From Hemiscyllium ocellatum (lineage: Eukaryota), in the NCBI RefSeq assembly GCF_020745735.1, contig NC_083409.1, positions 15,099,873-15,163,872 on the forward strand: a stretch of DNA of 64,000 bases, given 5' to 3'. Position numbers and translations under genes: made by a program. Below the pieces are notes generated by a model that was given only the letters and a program-made list of their open reading frames with translations, was not told where the DNA came from and searched no databases. This document shows positions 1-13,479 of this stretch, piece after piece (the stretch's first letter is position 1; every line of letters begins with the position of its first letter).

Positions 1-279
1 CCAGCCTGCTCCACTAAACCCCAGGGAATAGTGTCCCAATTGACTCCATTTGGCCTCATCAGAGAATCCCCTTATGCCAGGAATCAACTTCACGAATCTT
101 TGCTGCACTCCTTCCAGGTAGAGTCTGGGTGAGTCTATCCTTCCATCGGGAAGGAAATCAAAACTGGACCCAGTGCTGCAGGTGCGGCCTCACCAAGGTC
201 TGACATAATTGGAATAAGACTCCTTCCCTCAGACATGGACAACAGCTTGCTCCCAATAATTGGCTCCCTCTCCGTCTCT

Positions 280-372
280 ATCTCTCTCTTTCTCTCTCTC
301 TTTGCCTCTCTCTCTCTCTCTCTCCTCCTTTCCCTCTCTTTGTCTTTGCATCACCCCATCTCTCCCTCTCTC
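280..372. repeat. (CT)n-rich microsatellite
   Basis: Imperfect tctctc runs; explains the Ser/Leu-rich spurious ORFs at 235-573. Confidence 0.9.
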
Positions 373-844
373 TCAGTCTCGATGCTGGCTTCTAACTCTG
401 AAAGGGTTCTCTGGTGGTCAGTGTTTAATAGAAGGTGCTGTGTGTCAGTATATTTTCGATGCTGTAGGGTTTATGAGCATGGGGGGAGGGGATTCAGGCT
501 CCGTTCTTTGATGTCAGGCAGTGATGGCTGTCCCAGTGGGTCAGACTGTGATGCTGCTGTTTGCTGGCACTGATACTGTGATATGGATTGCAATGTCACT
601 CAGTGTGACAGGAGGTTACATGGCTTGATCAGTGGTGAGGGAGGAGCAGACTGAACAAGGAGCTGCAATCATCAGTCACTGCTGAAACCCTTCACACAGC
701 CCTCACCGTCCAGAAACTTCTTCACCAAAGATTCTTTCAGCTCCTTCATGACAGCCCTGGAGTTGAAAATGTAAACAGAGGAAGACATCTGTTCAAGATG
801 CTCCTGGACACAATGTTGCCCACTAATATGTGCAAAATCATGTC

Positions 845-2105
845 TCACAAACTTGATTGAGTGTTTTGAAGAAGTAACAAAGAGGATTGATGAGGACAGA
901 GTGTCAGATGGGATCTATGTGGATTTCAGTAAGGCATTCAACAAGGTTCCACGTGGGAGACTGGTTAGCAAGGTTATGTCTTATGGAATACAGGGAGAAC
1001 TAGCCACTTGTATCCAGAACTTTCTGAAAAGTAGAAGACAGCGGAGGTTGGTGGAGGGATGGTTTTCAGACTGGAGGCCTGTGACCAGTGGAGTGCCACA
1101 AGGGTTGGTGCTGAATCCACTACTTTTCATCATTTATATAAATGATTTGGGTGTGAACATAGGAGATATAGTTAGTAAGTTTAAAGATGACTCCAAAATT
1201 GGTGGTGTAGTGGACAGCGAAGAAGGTTTCCTCAGATAACAATGGGATCTTGATCAAAAGGTCAAATGAGCTGAAGTGTAGCAGATGGAGTCTAATTTAG
1301 ATAAATGCGACATGCTTCATTTTAGCTAAGTAACTCTTAGCAGGATGTATGTACTTAATGGTCATGTCCCAAAGAGTGTTGCTGAACAAATACACCTTGG
1401 AGTGCAGTTTCGTAGCTCCTTGAAAGTAGAGTCGCAGGTAGATAGGATAGTGAAGAAGGCATTTGGTATGTTTTCTTTATTGGTCAGAATACTGAGTACA
1501 GGAGTTGGGAGGTCATGTTGCGGCTGTACAGGACATTGGATAGACCACTTTTGGACAATTGTGCACAACTCCAGTCTCCATCATATCGGAAGAATGTTGT
1601 GAATCTTGAAAGGGTTCAGAAAATATTTACAAGAATGTTGCCAGGGTTGGCGGATTTGTGCTATAGGTAGAAGTTGAATAGGTTGGGGCTGTTTTCGCTG
1701 GACCATCAGAAGCTAAGGGGTGACCTTATAGAGGTTTATAAAAGTATGAGGGGCATGGATAGGATAAAGAGATAAGGTCTTTTCCCTGGGGTTGGGGAGT
1801 CCAAAACTAGAGGGCAAAGGTTTCGGGTGAGAGGGGAAAAATATAAAAGAGACTTGAGGGGGCCACTGTTTCACGCAGAGGGTGGTGTGTGTGTGTGAAA
1901 TGGGCTGCCAGAGGAAGTGGTGGAGGCTAGTACAATTACAACATTTAAAATGCATCTGGACAGGTACGTGAATAGGAAGGGTTTTGATGGACATGGGCCG
2001 GGTGTTGGCAGGTGTACAAGATTGGGGTGGGATATCTGGTCGGCATGGATGTGTTAGACTGAAGGGTCTGTTTCCGTAATGAACATCTCTGTGACTTAAT
2101 GACTC
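845..2105 (+). mobile_element. CR1-type LINE, 3' fragment (degenerate RT)
   Basis: Translates to [11 protein letters not shown]...[21 protein letters not shown]...[10 protein letters not shown], typical CR1 RT motifs; stops and frameshifts; CR1-like 3' tail. Confidence 0.9.
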
Positions 2106-2169
2106 CAGGAGGATGTTGTTCAGCCCCTCGATTCAGTGCTATCTGTTTACTAACCTCACTCACCACGAA

Positions 2170-2960
2170 AATCTCTGTTGAATGTCTGTTGTTGGGATTT
2201 GATTGAATCAAGTTTTAGAGACAGAATGTCTGACAAATCTAAACTGATCAGAATAAGTCAGCATGGAATTAAAAAGGTTCAGACATCTTCAACTAACCTG
2301 GTGACATACTATAAAGAGATCACTAATGTGTGTGAGATAAGGGAATGTGTTGTTTATATGAACGTCCAGATGACATTAAAGGAAGTTACGCACAAATATT
2401 ATGATGTTATAAATGAAACAAAGAGATGACAGATAAACATATTCTGGATCTTTCTGCACAAATGAATTCTCAAATATATCGTTAAAATGTTGGTGAACCC
2501 AGGGTCTTATCAGAGGAAGGAACTAAAGGAATCAGTTTTTGTAGGGAAATTGTTCTGGGAAAATTAAAGTATGTTAAATCAGAGGGACAAATAATCTGTT
2601 TTCGGGAGTACTTCAGGAAGTGGTTGTAAAACACTGACAGCTATCTGTTTGTCAGCTGTGGAATAGGTTCTAGGGAGTGGTGGGCAGCTAATTTAACACA
2701 ACTATTGAAAAAAAGAGAGAGAGGGGGGAAAATAAGGAATTTGAGACCAATTAACCGGACATTAGCAGTGGAGAAAATGCTCAAGTTCAGTATAAAATAT
2801 TTTATAGCTTAGCACTTTGAAAACAGTGACAGAATTGGACAGAGTCTGCATGGATTTTCGAAAGGGAAATCATGCTTAACAAATCACCTGGAATTGTTCA
2901 AGGATGTAGCAAGTGGATGTGATAATGTGGACCCCATGGATATGGTTTATTTGGACTTTG
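2170..2960 (+). mobile_element. Highly degraded CR1-like RT fragment
   Basis: Remnants of QHGF..GKSCLTN and VYLDF motifs near 2840-2960. Confidence 0.6.
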
Positions 2961-3455
2961 TAAGGGGAGAAGGCAGGTGGTTCTGTGGTCAAAAATGAGA
3001 CTTCTGAATAGCATGTTGCCTCCCAGGTGCACAGGTCAGGGATGTTTCAGATCAGCTGCAGGACATTCTGAAGGGGGAGGTGAACAGCGAGCTGTGATGG
3101 TGCATGTTGGCACAAATGATATCAGCAATAAATGGGATAAGGTCCTACAAGCAGAATTTAGGGTTAGGAATCATGTTAAAAAGTAGGACCTCAGAGGTGG
3201 TAATCTCAGGATTGCAACCAATGCCACATAGCAGAAATGAAACAAAAAAAAGCAGGATGAAGGCATGACTTGAGAGACGGTGCAGGAGGGAGATGCTCAG
3301 ACTTTTGGGACATTAGGACCAGTTCAGGGAGAGGTGGGACTACTACAAATCAGATGGTCTACACCTGGGCAGTTCTGGAACCAATGTCCTCTGTGGTACC
3401 TTTGCTCACTCTCTTGGGGAGGGTTCAAGATAAGGTAGCAGAGGGTTGGCAAGAT
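2960..3455 (+). mobile_element. CR1 ORF1 (SGNH esterase-like) fragment
   Basis: VMVHVGTNDI motif in ORF 2977-3186, characteristic of fish CR1 ORF1 esterase. Confidence 0.75.
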
Positions 3456-3457
3456 TA

Positions 3458-5460
3458 GGGAACCCTGGATGACAGATGAAATTGTGAGACTAGCTAAGAG
3501 GAAAAAGGATGCATAGATAAGGTCTAGGCAGCTGAAAACAGACAAAGCTTTGGAAGAATATCGGGAGACTAGTAATTTGAAATGAGGAATGAAAAGGGCT
3601 AAAAGGGGTCATAAAATATCATTAGCAAACAGGGTCAAGGAAAATCCCAAAGCCTTTTATTCATATATAAGGAGCAAGTGGGTCACTAGCAAAAGGATTG
3701 CCCCACTCAAGGACAAAGGAGGAAGGTTATGTGCGGAGTCAGAGAAAATGGCTGAGATTCTTAATGAGTGCTTTGTTTCAGTATTCACCAAGGACAGGGA
3801 AAGGATGGATGTTGAAATTGGGGATAGATGTTTGATTACTTTAGGTCAAGTCGGTTTAAGGATGGAGGAAGTGTTGAGTATACTAAAAGGCATTAAGGTG
3901 GACAAGTCCCCAGGTCGGGATGGGATCTATCCCAGGTTACCGAGGGAACCGAGAGAGGAAATAGCTGGGGCCTTAGCAGATATTTTGTTGCCGCCTTAAA
4001 AGTGGCAGAGATCCCAGAGGACTGGAGAATTGCTAATGTTGTCCCCTTGTTTAAGAAGGGCAGCAAGGATAATCCAGGTAATTATAGACCGGTGAGCCTG
4101 ACGTCAGTGGTAGGGAAGATGCTGGAGAAGATACTGAGGGATTGGACCTATTTACATTTGGAAGAAAATTGACTTATCAGTGATAGGCAGCATGATTTTG
4201 TGCAGGGAATGTCATATCTTACTAACTTAATAGAATTCTTTGAAGAAGTGACAAAGTAGATTGATGAGGAATGGGCTATAGATGTCATATACATGAGCTT
4301 CAATAAGGTGTTTTGCAAAGTTCCCCATGGTAGCCTGATGGAGAAATGAACGTTGCATGAGGTCCAGGGTGTACTAGCCAGATGGATAGAGAACAGGCTG
4401 GCCAGCAGGAGACAGAGAGTAGTAGTGGAAGGGAGTTTCCCAAAATGGAGACCTGTGACCTGTGGTGGTCCACAGGGATCCATGTTGTTTATGATATACA
4501 TAAATGATCTGGAGGAAGGTATAGGTGGTCTGATTGGCAAGTTTGCAGATGACACTAAGATTGGTGGAGTAGCAGATAGTGAAGGGGACTGTCAGAGAAT
4601 ACAGCAGAATACAGATAGATTGGAGATTTGGGTAGAGAATGGGACAGATGGAGTTCAATCCGGACAAATGCGAGCTGATGAATTTTGGAAGACCCAATTC
4701 TAGAGTGAACTATACAGTGAATGGAAAGCCCTGGAGAAAATAGATGCACAGAGAGATCTGGGTGTTCAGGTTCATTGTAACGTGAATGTTTCAACACAGG
4801 TCGATAGAGTGGTCAAGAAGGTGTATGGCATGCTTTCCTTCATTGAATGGGGAACAGAGTACAAAAGTTGGCAGGTCATGTTAGAATTGTATCGGACTTT
4901 GGTTTGGCCACATTTGGAATACTGTGTACAGTTCTGGTCGCCACATTACCAGAAGGATGTGGATGCTTTGGAGAGGGTGCAGAGGAGGTTCACCAGGATT
5001 GCCTGGTATGGAGGGCACTAGCTACGAAGAGAGGTTGAGTAGATCAGGATTATTTTCATGAGAAAGTCGAATGTTGAGGGGAGACCTGCTTGAGATCTAC
5101 AAAATCATGAGAGGGAGAGACAGAGTGGATAGCACGAAGCTTTTTCCCAGAGTCGGGGACTCAATTACTAGGGGTCATGAGTTCAAGGTAAAAGGGGAAA
5201 GTTTAAGGGAGAAATGCATGAAAAGTTCTTTACACAGAGTGTGGTTGGTGCCTGGAACGTATTGCCAGCGAAGGTGGTAGAGGCAGGCATGATCACACCA
5301 TTAAAGATGTATCTAGACAGACACATGAATGGGCAGGGAGTAAAGGGATACAGATCCTTGGAAAATTGATGGCCAGTTTAGGTAGAAGATCTGGATCGGC
5401 GCAGGCTTGGAGGGCTGAAGGGTCTGAGTATGCACTGTAATTTTCTTTGTTCTTTGAACT
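3458..5460 (+). mobile_element. CR1 LINE ORF2 3' part with 3' tail
   Basis: KENPKAFYSYI, DKSPGRDGIYPR, YINDL..GKFADDTKIGG and PHLEYCVQFWSP motifs across broken frames. Confidence 0.92.
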
Positions 5461-6730
5461 GAGGAAGCTCAGTGGGACAGATTGATCTTGGGGTACTTGC
5501 CTACTGATCTCTGAATGTGGCTAGACAGGTTAACAGAGCAGTTATGAAGGCACTTGCATTTGTCATTTCAGGTATTGGTTATATAAGCAGGAGAATATGG
5601 TCCAGTTAAGCAGAACATTGGTTAGGCCACAGCTGGAGTATTGTGTACAGTTCAGGTCAACACACTGTAGGAAGGATTTGATTGCACTTGATAGGGTGCA
5701 GAGGGGAATCACCAGGATGTTGCATGGTATGGAACCTCTCAGTGATGAAGAGAGATTGGATCAGCTAGGGTTGTTTTCTTCAGAGCAGAGAAGGTGAGGG
5801 GGGACCTGATAGAGATGTATAAGGTTATGAGGAGAATGGACAGGGTGGATAGAAAGCAGCTATTCTCCTTTGTGGGAGGGTCAATAACAAGTTGGTTCAC
5901 ATTCAATGTGAAAGATAGGAGGTTTCAAGATGCTTTGAGGAAATTGTTTTTCACCCAGAGGATGGTGTGGGTCTGGAATGCACACTGTGGGAGGATGGTT
6001 GAAGTGGGAAACCTCACGAACCTTAAATAGTGCTTGGGTGAGCAGTTAAAATATCAGAACATTAAAACTATGAGCCTTGTGTTGGAAAGTGATACTGGTG
6101 TAGGTTTAGTGTAAATTGGTTGGTACACAGTTAATGGGCCAAAGGGCCTCCTCTGTACTGTGTGATTTTATGATTCTATTGCATTCAGTTTTGGATTCAG
6201 TATCTGAGGAAGGATGTTCTGGTTGTAGGGGGAGGGCAATGAAGGTCTACCAGACTGATCCCTGGGACGACAGCACTTATATCTGTTGAGAAACTGGATC
6301 AGTTAGGACCATATTCGCTGGAAGTTAGAAGATTGAGAGGAATCACATTGAAACCTTCAAAATCCTAACAGGATAAGACCGGAAAAACACAGGAAGGATG
6401 TTCCTAATGACTGGAGAATCCAAAACCAGGAATTACAGTTTAAAGAAAAGGGAAAGGCCATTTCGGACTGAGATGAGGAGATATTTCTTTAGCCAGAGAA
6501 TGGGAAGCTGGTGGAATATTCTGTCACTGAAAGCAGTTGAGCCCAAACCATTAAATGTTTTCAAGAAGATGATGGGTACAGTTCTTGGGACTGAAGGGAT
6601 TAAAGGTTATGGGGGAAATTGGGAACAGGGGACAAAGTTGAATAATCAACCATGGTCATATTGAATGGTGGAGCTGACTCAAAGGGCTGAATGGCCTCCT
6701 CCTGCTCCAAGTTCCTTTGCTTCTATGTAT
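5460..6730 (+). mobile_element. Cluster of short 5'-truncated CR1-like 3' ends
   Basis: Repeated RPQLEYCVQF, LRGDLIEMYK and FTQR..WN motifs, each followed by a gggcc(g)aagggcct-type tail. Confidence 0.8.
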
Positions 6731-6764
6731 GAGAGATTGTTCATAAACATGGAAACAATGGAAT

Positions 6765-7575
6765 TATAGAGTCACAGAATCATCGAGTCCAACAGCACAG
6801 AGACAGGCCCTTTGGCCCAAATTGGTCCACGCTGACCGAAACATCCATCCATGCAAACCCCATTTCCCTGCACTTGGTCCATATCCTTCAAAAGTTTTCC
6901 TATCTATGTATTTGTCAAAATACATTTTAAATGTTGTTAATGTACCCGCTTCAATCATTTCCACTGCAGCTCATTCCATATGCGGACAACCCTCTCTGTA
7001 AAGATGTTGTCCCTCAGGTTCTCTTTTATTCTAACCTTAAACCGATGCCCTCTAGTCCTCGATTCCCCAACTCTGGGAAAAAGACTGAGTGCATTCACTC
7101 TATCCATGTCTCTCATGATCTTATATACTTCTGAAAGATCCCCCTCAGTCTCCTACTCTCTAAGAAATAAGTCCTAATTTTCCCAACCTCTCCCTGTAAC
7201 TCAGATCATTGAGTCCAGGCAACATCCTTGTAAATTTATTCTGTACTCTTTGTGGTTTAATAATATCCTTCCTATAACAAGGTGACCAAAACTGAACACA
7301 ATACTCCAAGTGTAATCTCACCAATGTACTGTACAACTGTAATATAACTTCCCAAATTCTATACCCGGTACCCTGACTGATGAAGGTCATGATACCGCTT
7401 CTTGTAATGTCATCTACAAACTTACTAATCATGCTTTGCAGATTCTTATCCAAATTATTGATATAGATAACAAACAATAATGGGTCCAGCACTGAGCCCT
7501 GAGGCACTCCCTAAGTTACTGGCCCCCAGTCTGACAAGCATCCTTCCACTATGACCCTCTGCTTCCTACTATTAA
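6765..7575 (-). mobile_element. CR1 LINE 3' fragment
   Basis: Minus-strand ORF 7160-7507 PQGSVLDPLLFVIYIN...LEYCVQFWSP. Confidence 0.88.
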
Positions 7576-7699
7576 GCCAATTAAAGAAAAGTATTTGTGT
7601 TTGGTGAGGAATTCGTTTGGATGTAGGAGGCCTTTGGATGTAGGAGACAGAGAAGAGGGATCATTTGTGTGCTCTCCAATAATGTGAATATTGGTGTCT

Positions 7700-8220
7700 C
7701 CAGAGATCTGCGTTGGGACCTCAGCCTTTCACGATATTTCTCAATGACTTGGTATAGATTGCTGACCACACTGAGCGAGGCAGGTTGTAGGAGGTTACAG
7801 AGATAGGGAGGGTGGAGGACAGGGAGGGATTTGAGAACAAGGATGAGAATTTGATAACCGAGGTGTTGCTGATCCAGGAGGCAATGTAGACATGGCATGC
7901 AGGGGGTTGGGGGAACAGACGTTGGTGCAAGTTTGGACATGGGCAGAAGACTTTGGGAAGAGTGGAGGGCAATGGCTGTGACGTGTGCGAGCACAACATT
8001 GGAATGGCTATGTTTGGAGTCACAACAGCATGGCTGAGATTTTCAGTTTCTGATCTTTGTGATGTGGAAGATGTGAGGCTCAGATCAGCCCCAAAGATGA
8101 GGCCAAGGTTGTAAAGAGTCTGTTTGAACAGCAGATAGTGCTTAGGGAGAGGGATGGAGTTTGTACCAGGAGCTGAAGAGGATGACTTTGATCCTCCCAA
8201 TATGTTTTCCAGTGATCCTG
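7700..8220 (-). mobile_element. L2-like LINE 3' fragment
   Basis: Minus-strand ILVLKSLPVLHPPYLCNLLQP resembles the L2 ORF2 C-terminal LKSLHGLAPPYL motif. Confidence 0.55.
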
Positions 8221-8354
8221 GCTCCTCAGTCCTGACTGCTCTTAGCTGCTGTGATTGTCACTGATTGGACACTTATTATTAGAGATTCTGACCACAGCAG
8301 AAAACCCCAGTGTAAAAAATAACTGTAAAGGCTGTCAGAGCACAAGGTTGAAAC

Positions 8355-8575
8355 TTCACCAATAGAGGAAGTGAAAGAAGGAGCTCGGACAGCTGGATGT
8401 TTGTTACTGATACGGGAGAAAACTGTGAACTGTCTGCACTGCCTGGAACCTGACAGCACAGGAGGCTGGTTCTGGGATTTTTTTTTTACAGGAACAGCAC
8501 AGTGATGGAAAAAGTGTCAGTCACTCTCTCACAAACACACACACCTGCCCTCAGAGATCAGAAACAGAAACCAGC
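8355..8575 (+). promoter_or_regulatory. Candidate lymphoid enhancer/promoter (EICE + ISRE + E-boxes)
   Basis: GAGGAAGTGAAA 8365-8376 (Ets-IRF composite), CAGCTG 8390-8395, CACCTG 8542-8547 and GAAACAGAAACC 8561-8572 in non-repetitive DNA ~4.4 kb upstream of the V leader. Confidence 0.35.
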
Positions 8576-8939
8576 AGTAGCTCTGTCTCCAAGCTGTGGA
8601 ACCTAAACAGAATTGTTCCCTCATTCAGTTTATAACTGGCAGGATAGACCAAGCAGGGAAGGCAACACAGGGGTGTGTACAGTCGGGAGGGAGTTGCCCT
8701 GAGAGTCCTCACCATTAACTATGGAATCCATGAAGTCTCATGACAGCAGGTCAAACATGGGGAAGGAAACCTCCTGCTGATTACCACATAGCACCGCCCT
8801 CCCCTCCAACCTCAACTGAGCAGTCAGTCCTCCTCCATGTTGAACAACACTTGGAGGGAGCACTGGGGACGGAAGGATGCAGGATATACCCTGAGTAAGG
8901 GACTTCAAAGTCCACCATCAAGGGCTGCTCAGAAGTATC

Positions 8940-9150
8940 ACTACTGAGCAAGCTGGTCAAGTTCCACCTGATTCAGCTGCTAGACTGGACCTGGGGCAGG
9001 TGGTGAGGGAACCAACAAGAGGGAAAAACATACTCACTATCAGCCTCACCAACCTGCCTGCTGCTGGTGTATCTGTCCATGACAGTATCAGTAAGAGTGA
9101 CCATAGCACAGTCCGTGTGGAGACACAATCCCGTCTTCACATTGTGATTA
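8940..9150 (+). mobile_element. LINE AP-endonuclease fragment
   Basis: VVREPTRGKNIL....TN.....VHDSISKSDH is the conserved C-terminal motif of LINE endonucleases. Confidence 0.7.
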
Positions 9151-9829
9151 CCTTACATTTTGTTGGGCAAGAGATATGGAATATCAGGAAGGACTTTGAT
9201 TTTAGCAGCAATTGGTAATGACTTGGAAATTAGTGCCCATTCAGGTGAGGCAGGTGAAGACACTCAGTGATTGCAATGGCAGATTGGATGGGCTCTTGAT
9301 GGAAATAAACCTGCAAGGCTCTGGGGGTCGAGTAGGGGAGGGGGTGGGACTGACTGGATTGCTCCATGAAATGACACCATTTACCTGACAGGCTGAATGT
9401 TCCCCCCGTGCTGGAAATAGATCTCACTCAATGAGGGGTTCACAATTAGAGAGTTTGGATGCAGCAAATACAGGACAAATTGTTTCTCCAGGCAGGAGGG
9501 TCAGTAACCAGAGGGCACACATTTCAGAAAGGGTCTGAAGAACAAGAGAGAAGATAGGAACATTTTTATCCAGCGAGTTCATGATGACTGTCTGCAAGGT
9601 GAGTGGAAGTGGATTCAACAGCAACTTTCAAAAGGGCATTTGAAGAAAAAGCTGAAAAGGAAACAATTGCAGGGTTATACAGGAAGGGCTGGGTAAATGC
9701 GACTCATTGGACTAATTTGACTAACAGTCACAATAGGCCCAATGACCTCTGTCTGTGCTGTATAAGAGCTCACACACACTTAGTCTCACCTTTACACAAA
9801 GACCGGGAGAAACAGGCACCCATTTTACA

Positions 9830-10540
9830 GAAGATTGTTTTCTCAAGCAAAATTTACAGTGTCCAAATGTGGCCTTACCAATGCCTTGTACAGCTGTAAC
9901 ATAATGTCCCAGCTGCTGTACTCCCTGCTTTCACCAGTGAAGGTGAGCATGTCAAATACCTTCTTCACCAACCTGTCTGGTCCCACTTCCAAAGAACTAT
10001 GTACTTGTACCATTAAGTCTCTCTGGTCCCCATGGCTCCACCATTCATTGTGTAATTCCTGCCCTGGTTTGTCTTATCAAAATGTAATTCCTTGCACTTA
10101 TCAAAATTAAACTCCATCTGGATTTGTTGACCCACTGGCCCAGTTGATCAAGATGACATTACACTCTGGATAACCTTCTTCCCGGTCCACTATGCCAACA
10201 ATTTTAATGTCAGCCACAAACTTACTGACCATTCCTGCTATTTTCTCTCCAAATTGTTCATATAAATGATGAACAACAGTGGATCCAAGATTGGTTCTTG
10301 TGGCAGACGGCTGGTCACTGGCTTCCAGTCTGAAGATCAACCCTCTCTCACCAGCCTCTGCCTCCTACCATCAGGCCAATTTTATATCCAATTGGCTAGC
10401 TCTCCCTGTATCCTCTGTGATATCATCTTACTGAGCAGTCTACCATAGGGAACCTTGTATAAGGCCTTGCTAAAGCCCATGTAGACGGTGCGCACTGCTT
10501 TACCGTGATCTATCTTCTTGATTACTTCTTCAAAAACTCA
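9830..10540 (-). mobile_element. CR1 RT fragment
   Basis: Minus-strand SKFVADIKIVG and antisense of DF.KA..KVP motifs. Confidence 0.75.
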
Positions 10541-10564
10541 GTCATCTGCTCATCTCCATTGGAA

Positions 10565-10790
10565 ACTCCAGTGAACAGTAGGCCCATGTTTACTGGTCTC
10601 TCATGGGGGATCCAGTCAGAAGGAGGCCCATGTTTACTGTTCTCCTTTGGAGAGTCCAGTGGGAAGGAGGCCAATGTTTAATGGTTTTCTAGCTTCAGTG
10701 ATAAAGAGGCCTATGTTTCTCCATTGAGCAGCCTTGTGAACTGAATTTCATGTTTACTGGACTCTGTTGGAGTATCCAGTGTGTCATGGA
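10565..10790. repeat. Degenerate ~47-bp tandem repeat
   Basis: Recurrent core aggcccatgtttactg with ccagt spacers, about 4-5 copies. Confidence 0.65.
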
Positions 10791-11239
10791 CATCATGGCT
10801 GGTGTGTGGCCGAGCTTCTTTCTGTTGTAACTGTGTGATACTCTGACCCTCATACCAGTCAAACAGCCTGACTCAAAGACTGATCATGGAAGGGGAAGGA
10901 AAGCGAAGGGATTGGAACATGTTGCGAATGCACTGGATGGGTCAGTGGGTCAGAGCCTGTCCTGTCCCTCCAGCTCACATTGAGGATCTCCTCTCTCTGC
11001 TGGGCCTTCATGAAATGAGCTTTGAGTCCAAACCAGTCCCCAGTGAACATAGGCCAACAGCACAGACTACCCTTCATTTGACAAGGATATGTCAGTCTTC
11101 CTGAGAGAGACTAAACCCTGGTCAATATGGGAAATGGGACTTTACTCCAGGAGAAGACATGCTTCTGGGGTCAAGGGTTAACATCCATTAGTGGGACAGA
11201 GCAGAGGGAGATTTATCCTGTATTCAACTGTCACCACCT

Positions 11240-11795
11240 GGGACACTGTGAGAAAGAGAGAGAAGTGAGAGAGAGAGGTAGAGGGTGGATGTATGTTTGT
11301 GTAATTGAGGGAAAGATGGGGGAGCATCTGAGACAGTGTGAGATATGTGAGGGGACCAAGACCAAGGTAGAGGGAGGTAGAAATGGTGAGGTTGAGGGAT
11401 AGAGAGAGAGAGAATCAAGATGTGACTGAGAGGGATGGAGAGAGAGAAAGAGACAGGATGGGTGTGATACCAAGAATGAAGGGAATCAAGAGAGAGAGAG
11501 TAGGGTTGAGTGTGTGTGAGAGAGAGAGATAGATGAGCATGGTTAGAGACAAAATGGCAGAGAGGGAGGAAGAGAGACTGTAGATTGGGAATGCAGACAG
11601 GGAGGGAGAGACAGAGAGAGGAATAGAGAGGGGCAATTAACATTTGGAGGTTTTCAATTGATGTGAGAGATGGAGTGAGTGACAGTGAGAGAGAAAGATG
11701 CAGAAATAGAGATTATGAGACAGAGTGAGGAAGCGTGAGTGAGTTGGAGAGAGCGGCTATGAGACAGAGTGAGAGTGAGAGAGAGAGAGAGAGGT
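11240..11795. repeat. (GA)n-rich low-complexity tract
   Basis: Interrupted gagaga runs. Confidence 0.85.
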
Positions 11796-12700
11796 CTTGG
11801 TCACCACATTCTGGGAAGGATGTGATTGTACTTGAGAGGGTGTAGAGATTTATCAGGATGCTGCCTGGGATGGAGGGTCAGCTGTGAGGAAAGCTTGGAA
11901 AGGTTGGAATTGTTTTCCTTGCAGCAGTAAAGGTTGAGAGGGGACCTGATAGAGGGCTATAAGATTACTCGGAGCAGTGATAGGGTGGGTAGGAAGGCAC
12001 TTTTTAAAAGAGTCAAGGATTCAATAACCAGGGACAGAGATTGAAGGTAACACAGACATGGCCACACAGAAACTGCTGCAGGAGTAAACCATTCGGCCCT
12101 TTGAGTCTGCTCTATCATTCAGTATGATCATGGCTGATCCTCCATCTCAAAGCCATATTCCTACCTTCTCACCAGTCCCTTTCATGCTTTGAAAATGCAA
12201 AACAATTATCTCTCTCTTTCTCTTGAATATATTCAGTTCCTTGTCCTCCATAGTTTGACTACCCTCTGAGTGAAGAAATGTTTCCTCATCTCAGTGTGTA
12301 ATGGTCTACGCTGTATCCCCCTGAGATTGTGACCCCTGGTTCCAGACTCCCCAACCAGGGGAAACCTCCTCCCTGCCCAGCCCTGTTAGAATGTCATATG
12401 TTTCAATCAGATCCCCTCTCATCCTTCTGAACTCGAGTGATATCAGGCCCAGTTGAGTTAGAGAGTGAGAGGTGAGTTGGGGAGAAATGTTTTCACCCAG
12501 AGGGTGGTGGGAGACTGGAACTCACTGCCTGAAAGGCTGGCTGAGTCACATACTCTTGTGATATTAGAGCAATGTTTAGATATTCCTTTGTGTTGCTTAG
12601 CCCCCAAGTTAATGGGTGAGGAGGTGGCAGATGGGATTAGTGTCATCAGATCTTTGCTGACCAGTTTAGACACAATGGGCCAAATGGTCTCAGTCAGTGC
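11795..12700 (+). mobile_element. Nested CR1-like 3' fragments and SINE pieces
   Basis: LRGDLIE and FTQRVVGDWNSLP motifs interrupted by an oppositely oriented fragment. Confidence 0.65.
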
Positions 12701-12831
12701 TGTTAACATGAATGACTATCTGAGACAAAGAGAGAGAATGGGAGAGAGAGAGAGAGAGAGAGAGAAAGAGACAGAGACAGAGAGAGAAGAGGAATTGTGA
12801 GGGGCTGACATGACTCTTTCTGCCTGATGCC

Positions 12832-12886
12832 ATTTACATACTGAGGAACACCCAGTCACACTCTCACAGGCTGCAGCTTTATAAAG
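12832..12886 (+). promoter_or_regulatory. Ig V promoter: octamer variant and TATA box
   Basis: ATTTACAT 12832-12839 (one mismatch to ATTTGCAT) and TTTATAAAG 12878-12886, ~110 and ~60 bp upstream of the leader ATG. Confidence 0.7.
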
Positions 12887-12945
12887 CAGAGCCCAGTGAA
12901 GGGAGAGTTTATCAGGAACCAGGCACAGGGACAGGAGCACACACC

Positions 12946-12994
12946 ATGATTTCACACATCCAGCTGATCTGGCCCCTGGCATTCTGTGTCGCAG
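12946..12994 (+). pseudogene. IGKV: Ig kappa light-chain leader exon (MISHIQLIWPLAFCVA-G) of the V pseudogene
   Basis: 49-nt phase-1 exon ending GCAG|GTACAA; intron ends gacccctcag at 13180. Confidence 0.9.
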
Positions 12995-13180
12995 GTACAA
13001 ATCTCTCTCCTTCCACCTTGAATCTTTAGCTGCTCTCCATTTCACTCCAATTCCACTGACTTGTGATTGAAGGGAAAATGCTGAAACCAGAGGAATGCTC
13101 AGTGTCTCCAACAATCTCTCATTTGACCGGCTCTTTCTGGGACACTTCTGATTTGACTGTGTTTCTCTCTGACCCCTCAG

Positions 13181-13479
13181 GTATCAGTGGGGACATCATC
13201 ATGACCCAGTCTCCCCCGGTGCTGTCAGTGGGACTGGACCAGACTGCAACCATCACCTGTATGGCCAGTCAAAGCATTAGCAACTACCTTGCTTGGTACC
13301 AGCAGTGAGAAGGTCAGAAACCCTCTCTCCTGATCTATGCTGCAACAAATCGATTCACAGGAGTCTCCGATCGATTCACCGGCAGTGGATCAGGGACCAG
13401 TTTCACCCTGACAATCAGCAACGTTCAGAATGAGGATGTCGCTGACTATTACTGTCAGCAGGGTTACAGCTGGTCTTAC
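13181..13479 (+). pseudogene. IGKV: Ig kappa (shark type III/NS4-like) V exon, pseudogene
   Basis: [98 protein letters not shown]; both Cys and the Trp are intact; TGA at 13306-13308 (probably CGA>TGA); no CACAGTG heptamer after CDR3. Confidence 0.95.

Noticed and set aside
8498-8540. CACAGTG heptamer with ACAAACACA downstream as a possible RSS
   Set aside because: Spacer is 26 nt (not 12 or 23) and there is no V coding sequence in front.
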